The notes beneath the pieces were generated by a model. The model was not told the DNA's origin. It ran no database searches and was given only the letters and a program-made list of their open reading frames with translations. Shown here piece after piece: positions 20,155 through 24,000 of a stretch of DNA of 24,000 bases; position 1 is the first letter of the stretch; every line of letters begins with the position of its first letter. The stretch is from Frigoribacterium sp. R86507 (GTDB lineage Bacteria > Actinomycetota > Actinomycetes > Actinomycetales > Microbacteriaceae): NCBI RefSeq assembly GCF_044597695.1, contig NZ_CP139002.1:2065805-2089804 (forward strand). Reading direction: 5' to 3'. Position numbers and translations under genes: made by a program.

Positions 20155-21054
20155 ATGGCCGTCGAGCACGACACGTCCGCCCACTTCGGCGAGTACGCCC
20201 ACCCCGAGCGTCTCGTCAGCACCGAGTGGTTGCAGCAGCACCTCGGCACTCCCGGGCTCGTCGTCGTCGAGTCCGACGAGGACGTCCTGTTGTACGAGAC
20301 CGGCCACATCGCCGGCGCCGTCAAGATCGACTGGCACCTCGACCTCAACGACCCGGTGCAGCGCGACTACGTCGACGGCGCGGGCTTCGCCGCGTTGATG
20401 GCCCGCAGCGGCATCTCGCGCGACAGTACCGTCGTCATCTACGGCGACAAGAACAACTGGTGGGCCGCCTACGCGCTCTGGGTGTTCTCGCTGTTCGGGC
20501 ACGAGGACGTCCGCCTGCTCGACGGCGGGCGGGCGAAATGGGAGGCCGAGGGCCGCGACTACACGACCGACGCCCCCACGGTCCAAGCCACCGACTACCC
20601 CGTCGTCGAGCGAGACGACAGCGTCATCCGCGCCTACAAGGACGACGTGCTGGCCCATCTCGGCAAGCCCCTGATCGACGTGCGCTCGCCCGAGGAGTTC
20701 TCGGGTCAGCGCACCACGGCTCCGGCCTACCCCGACGAGGGGGCCCTCCGCGCCGGTCACATCCCCAGCGCGCAGAACGTGCCGTGGGGCAAGGCCGCGG
20801 CCGACGACGGCACCTTCCGGTCGCTCTCCGAGCTCGACGCCATCTACCGCGACGGCGCGGGCCTCTCCGACGGCGACCAGGTCGTCGCCTACTGCCGCAT
20901 CGGCGAGCGGTCGAGCCACACCTGGTTCGTGCTCAAGCACCTCATGGGCTTCGAGGACGTGCGCAACTACGACGGCTCCTGGACCGAGTGGGGCAGCGCC
21001 GTCCGCGTGCCGATCGTGCAGGGCACCGAGCCCGGCGAGGTGCCGGCCCGGTGA
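20155..21054 (+). CDS. Thiosulfate sulfurtransferase (tandem rhodanese, SseA/CysA-like)
   Basis: The start is ATG 20155 ([11 protein letters not shown]..), preceded by AAGGAGA. The fold is two-domain rhodanese with the active-site loop [13 protein letters not shown]. Confidence 0.88.
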   Translation: MAVEHDTSAHFGEYAHPERLVSTEWLQQHLGTPGLVVVESDEDVLLYETGHIAGAVKIDWHLDLNDPVQRDYVDGAGFAALMARSGISRDSTVVIYGDKNNWWAAYALWVFSLFGHEDVRLLDGGRAKWEAEGRDYTTDAPTVQATDYPVVERDDSVIRAYKDDVLAHLGKPLIDVRSPEEFSGQRTTAPAYPDEGALRAGHIPSAQNVPWGKAAADDGTFRSLSELDAIYRDGAGLSDGDQVVAYCRIGERSSHTWFVLKHLMGFEDVRNYDGSWTEWGSAVRVPIVQGTEPGEVPAR

Positions 21055-21494
21055 CCGACGCCGCCCTGCCCGAGCCGCTCGTCGAGATCCGCGAGGAGTT
21101 CCTCGCCCTCGACGTGCGGAACCGTCTGCAGCTGCTGCTCGAGTTCTCGAACGAGCTGCCCGAACTGCCGGCCCGGTACGCCGATCACCCCGACCTGCTC
21201 GAGCGGGTGGTCGAGTGCCAGTCCCCCGTGTTCCTGTTCGTCGAGGTGACCGACGGTCGGGTGCACCTGCACGCGACGGCACCTCGCGAAGCACCCACGA
21301 CCCGTGGCTTCGCGTCGATCCTCGCCCAGGGGCTCGTCGGGCTCACCGTCGCCCAGGTCCTCGACGACGTCCCCGACGACTACCCGCAGACGATCGGTCT
21401 GACCGAGGCGGTGAGCCCGTTGCGGATCCGTGGCATGACCGCCCTGCTCGGTCGCGCCAAGCGCCAGATCCGCGATCGGACCGCCGGCGCGTGA
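21051..21494 (+). CDS. SufE-family sulfur acceptor protein
   Basis: The GTG start at 21051 overlaps the rhodanese stop (GTGA). The product is (V)[39 protein letters not shown]...[14 protein letters not shown]...[12 protein letters not shown]. It has the SufE/CsdE-like active-site Cys context (ECQSPV) and the C-terminal R..G....L motif. Confidence 0.78.
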   Translation: MTDAALPEPLVEIREEFLALDVRNRLQLLLEFSNELPELPARYADHPDLLERVVECQSPVFLFVEVTDGRVHLHATAPREAPTTRGFASILAQGLVGLTVAQVLDDVPDDYPQTIGLTEAVSPLRIRGMTALLGRAKRQIRDRTAGA

Positions 21495-22246
21495 CGCTCC
21501 GGGTGCTGCACGCCCTCGAGCGTCCGGGCGACGTCGGGCTGGAGCTCGACATCGACGAGGACTCGACCCCTGCCCGGATCCGCGAGCTGTACGCCCCATC
21601 CCGCGAGACCTGGCTGCGACTCAACCTGATCGCCGCGGTCAGTGGTGACGCCGCGGGCTCCGACGGCACCTCCGAGACGCTGAGCAACGCCACCGACCGC
21701 ACGATCCTGGCGGCCATCCGCTCGCTCGCCGACGGCGTCCTCGTCGGTGCGGCCAGCGTGCGGGCCGAGGGCTACCGGGTGCCGAAGTCCTCACGACTCG
21801 TCGTCGTCACGTCGTCGGGCGACCTCTCGGGCCATCGCATGGACCCGTCAGAGGCCGGTCGGGTCGTCGTCGTGTGTCCCGGATCCGCTCGAGACCGGGT
21901 CCGTGAGACCCTCGGCGACGAGATCTGGGCGGTCGCCACCGTGCTGACCGCGCCCGACGACGACGGACGGTTGGAGCCCGCCGCGATCCTTCGTTGCCTG
22001 CGCGAGCAGCGCCTCCGTTCGCTCGTCTGCGAGGGCGGCCCCTCGCTCGCCGGTCAGTTCCTGCGGGACGGCCTCGTCGACGAGCTGTGCTTGTCGACCT
22101 CGCCCGTCGTGATCGGCAGCGGCCTGCCCGTCTTCGGTCGCGAACGCTTCGACCCCGCGTCGCTCGTGCTCGGCCAGCTGCTGGTCGACGAGCAGAGCAC
22201 GCTCTACGCGCGATGGTCGGTCGACGGCGGCCCCGCGAGTCGGTGA
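21491..22246 (+). CDS. RibD C-terminal domain / dihydrofolate-reductase-like pyrimidine reductase family protein
   Basis: The GTG start at 21491 overlaps the SufE stop (GTGA). The 251-aa product includes LNLIAAVSGDAAGSDGTSETLSN.TDR..L...R.LADGVLVGAASVRAEGY and LVCEGGPSLAGQFLRDGLVDELCLSTSPVVIG. From memory, it resembles M. tuberculosis Rv2671, which also neighbours an AFG1-like ATPase gene. Confidence 0.72.
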   Translation: MTLRVLHALERPGDVGLELDIDEDSTPARIRELYAPSRETWLRLNLIAAVSGDAAGSDGTSETLSNATDRTILAAIRSLADGVLVGAASVRAEGYRVPKSSRLVVVTSSGDLSGHRMDPSEAGRVVVVCPGSARDRVRETLGDEIWAVATVLTAPDDDGRLEPAAILRCLREQRLRSLVCEGGPSLAGQFLRDGLVDELCLSTSPVVIGSGLPVFGRERFDPASLVLGQLLVDEQSTLYARWSVDGGPASR

Positions 22247-23421
22247 CGACCGAGCCACCCACTGATCGCCCCCTCGAAACGCTCGGGGTCGAGGTTCCAG
22301 AGCTTCGTGTGCCGCGCGACCTCGAACACCTCGAAGGTCACGAGGTCGGGCCGTGCCTCGGCCAACGCGTGTGACGCGGTGGACGGCACGAAACCGTCGT
22401 CGTCGCTGTGCAGCAACAACACCGGCAGGTCGAGCTCGCCGGACCGCGAGACGAGGTCGAGCCGGTCGAAGTCGATCGGCTCGGCGCTGCCGGCCAACCG
22501 ACAGAGCAGGGGCGAGCCCAGGAGGCGCAGCACCAGACCCTGGACGACCCGCGGCACCCGCATGGCCGCCCCCTGGTAGGCGAGGGTCGTCCTCCAGTCG
22601 ACGACCGGCGACTCGAGGACGAGGCCCGAGACGACGCCGCGCAGGGAGGAGCGCGTGGCGGCCTGCAGCACGAGAGCTCCGCCCATGGACCATCCCATCA
22701 ACACGACGGACGTCGCCCCGTGGTCGAGGGCGAACCGGATCGCCGCCTCGACGTCGCGCCACTCGGAGTCGCCCAGGGCGTAGCGGCCGTCCGGCGATCG
22801 GGGTGCCTCGCCGTCGTTGCGGTACGACACGAGGAGCGAGGTCAGGCCCTCTCGGTGGAAGACCGGAGCCGCCCGGATCGTCTCGGCGCGGGTCACCCCG
22901 CGACCGTGCACCCCGATCATCCACGGGCCGTCGAGGCCGGCCTCGGCGGGGACGAGCCATGCGGGGGCCGGACCGACCTCCGTGGCGATCGCGACCTCTT
23001 CCGCCGCGAGGCCCGCGTCACGGGGTGCCGGGAACAGCCAGCCGCCGATGCGGCCCCGGTGAGTCCGCTCGAGACCGGGCCCTTCGACGCCCTCGACGCG
23101 ACGCTCGACGGACCGGCCGTCGTCGCGGACGACGTCACCGACGCGGGCGTGGCCTCGGCCCCGGGCGTACCAGAAGCTGTAGCGACCGGGGAGGCGCGTG
23201 TCCGGCGTCGAACGGAGGGTGATCGTCCCGGCGACGGCGTCGTGGGCTTCGATCCGCACGTCGTCTCGCCGCCTGCGGGCCGGCGTGACGATCTTCCGGG
23301 CGATGGCGATGATGCCCGACGCGAGGGCCGCGGTGGACACCAGCACGGTGCCCCCGACCGTGATCGAGACGACGGCGAGCGGGCCGATGCCCCGTCGGCC
23401 GGTGGATGCGGGGCGGTTCAC
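22204..23421 (-). CDS. Membrane-anchored alpha/beta hydrolase
   Basis: The start is taken at GTG 23421 (VNRPASTGRRG..), preceded by GAGGAG. There is an N-terminal TM helix (IGPLAVVSITVGGTVLVSTAALASGIIAIA), the nucleophile elbow GWSMGG, and later LLLHSDDDGFVP and ARH, which are plausible Asp/His triad members. The upstream part of ORF 22204..23964 is antisense to the next gene. Confidence 0.8.
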   Translation of the reverse strand: MNRPASTGRRGIGPLAVVSITVGGTVLVSTAALASGIIAIARKIVTPARRRRDDVRIEAHDAVAGTITLRSTPDTRLPGRYSFWYARGRGHARVGDVVRDDGRSVERRVEGVEGPGLERTHRGRIGGWLFPAPRDAGLAAEEVAIATEVGPAPAWLVPAEAGLDGPWMIGVHGRGVTRAETIRAAPVFHREGLTSLLVSYRNDGEAPRSPDGRYALGDSEWRDVEAAIRFALDHGATSVVLMGWSMGGALVLQAATRSSLRGVVSGLVLESPVVDWRTTLAYQGAAMRVPRVVQGLVLRLLGSPLLCRLAGSAEPIDFDRLDLVSRSGELDLPVLLLHSDDDGFVPSTASHALAEARPDLVTFEVFEVARHTKLWNLDPERFEGAISGWLGRHRLAGPPSTDHRA

Positions 23422-23532
23422 GGGCGACTCCTCGGGCGGCGTGAGGTGGGCTCGAGGGTGACCTGTGGATCTGCTGAGCCGGGCGCGGCGTGCCGCGGGG
23501 GTCGCCCTCGGGATCGACCCTAGTCTTCCAGG

Positions 23533-24000
23533 GTGTCCGAGATCCCCCCGACGCCGACCCGGCCGCCCGCCTTCGCCGCGGCCGTCGAGTCCGTCCACCG
23601 TGCCGCCGCGCGGGACGCCCTCGCCGTGACCGAGATCCCCGCCCCGAACGGCCTCGCCCCCCACGCGCTGGCCCTCGCAGGGGACGTCATCGGCGCGTCC
23701 GGCCGCCCCGACCCCGATCTCGGCACGGGCCGCTTCGTGCTGCTCTACGACGACGACGAACCCGAAGCCTGGGGCGGACCGTTCCGGGTCGTGAGTTTCG
23801 CGCAGGCGCCCCTCGAGACCGAGATCGCGCTCGACCCGTTCGTGGCCGACGTGGCATGGTCCTGGCTCGTCGACAGCCTCGACGCCCGCGGGGCCTCGTA
23901 CGACCAGGCATCGGGCACCGCCACCAAGATCCTCTCGACCGGCTACGGTGAGCTGGCCAGCCACGGCGACGGGGCCCAGCTCGAACTCCGGGCGTCCTGG
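23533..24000 (+). CDS. Conserved actinobacterial hypothetical protein, probably DUF3000 family (3'-truncated by the window end)
   Basis: This frame is not in the ORF track because it has no stop inside the window. It opens after the in-frame TAG at 23521, with a GTG start at 23533. The product reads VSEIPPTPTRPPAFAAAVESVHRAAARDALAVTEIPAPNGLAPHALALAGDV...GRFVLLYDDDEPEAWGGPFRVVSFAQAPLETEIALDPFVADVAWSWLVDSL. Its composition is normal and third codon positions are strongly G/C. By contrast, the overlapping track ORF 23490..23951 is Arg/Pro junk. The family assignment is from memory. Confidence 0.55.
   Translation, partial: MSEIPPTPTRPPAFAAAVESVHRAAARDALAVTEIPAPNGLAPHALALAGDVIGASGRPDPDLGTGRFVLLYDDDEPEAWGGPFRVVSFAQAPLETEIALDPFVADVAWSWLVDSLDARGASYDQASGTATKILSTGYGELASHGDGAQLELRASW

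Noticed and set aside
23490-23951. Track ORF of 153 aa on the plus strand.
   Set aside because: It is Arg/Pro-rich junk. A different plus frame, starting at GTG 23533 and open to the window end, gives a normal-composition, DUF3000-like protein and is preferred.

Overview
Very GC-rich, gene-dense chromosomal segment with actinobacterial gene content and order. I call 22 protein-coding genes (2 truncated by the window edges), 4 tRNA genes and several intergenic hairpins. Coding is almost gap-free, and many neighbouring genes overlap start on stop (GTGA or ATGA). Many starts are GTG or TTG.

Gene order:
- Minus strand, 7002 down to 1: sufS-sufU-thrS-HIT-pdxS-pdxT-yebC-ruvC'.
- A MetE-like methyltransferase (+), then a TcyABC-like polar amino acid/cystine ABC importer (-).
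- An NRDE/TANGO2-family gene (-) placed divergently from coaBC (+). coaBC overlaps the start of a membrane Ser/Thr kinase.
- A tRNA cluster: Val(GAC), Cys and Gly on the minus strand, and Val(CAC) on the plus strand.
- A GH13 alpha-glucosidase (+), a solitary ammonium transporter (-) and zapE (-).
- A coupled trio of rhodanese, SufE and a RibD_C-like reductase (+), then a membrane-anchored alpha/beta hydrolase (-) and a partial DUF3000-like gene (+).

From memory, the backbone resembles the Mycobacterium tuberculosis ruvC-yebC-pdxT-pdxS...thrS and Rv2670c-Rv2671 neighbourhoods, with lineage-specific genes inserted. This should be verified.

I saw no transposase, integrase, CRISPR array, toxin-antitoxin pair or recognisable defence island, so this looks like core genome rather than an accessory region. 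The most unusual context is the NRDE/TANGO2-family gene sharing a 129-bp divergent intergenic region with coaBC. A cystine-type importer lies on one side and a kinase with a fully low-complexity ectodomain on the other. Other items worth a second look are a GlnR-type box array upstream of amt, a 58-nt near-perfect palindrome after the kinase, a structured leader before the MetE-like gene, and two separate sulfur-relay modules. All functional calls come from reading the translated ORFs by eye. No database search was run.
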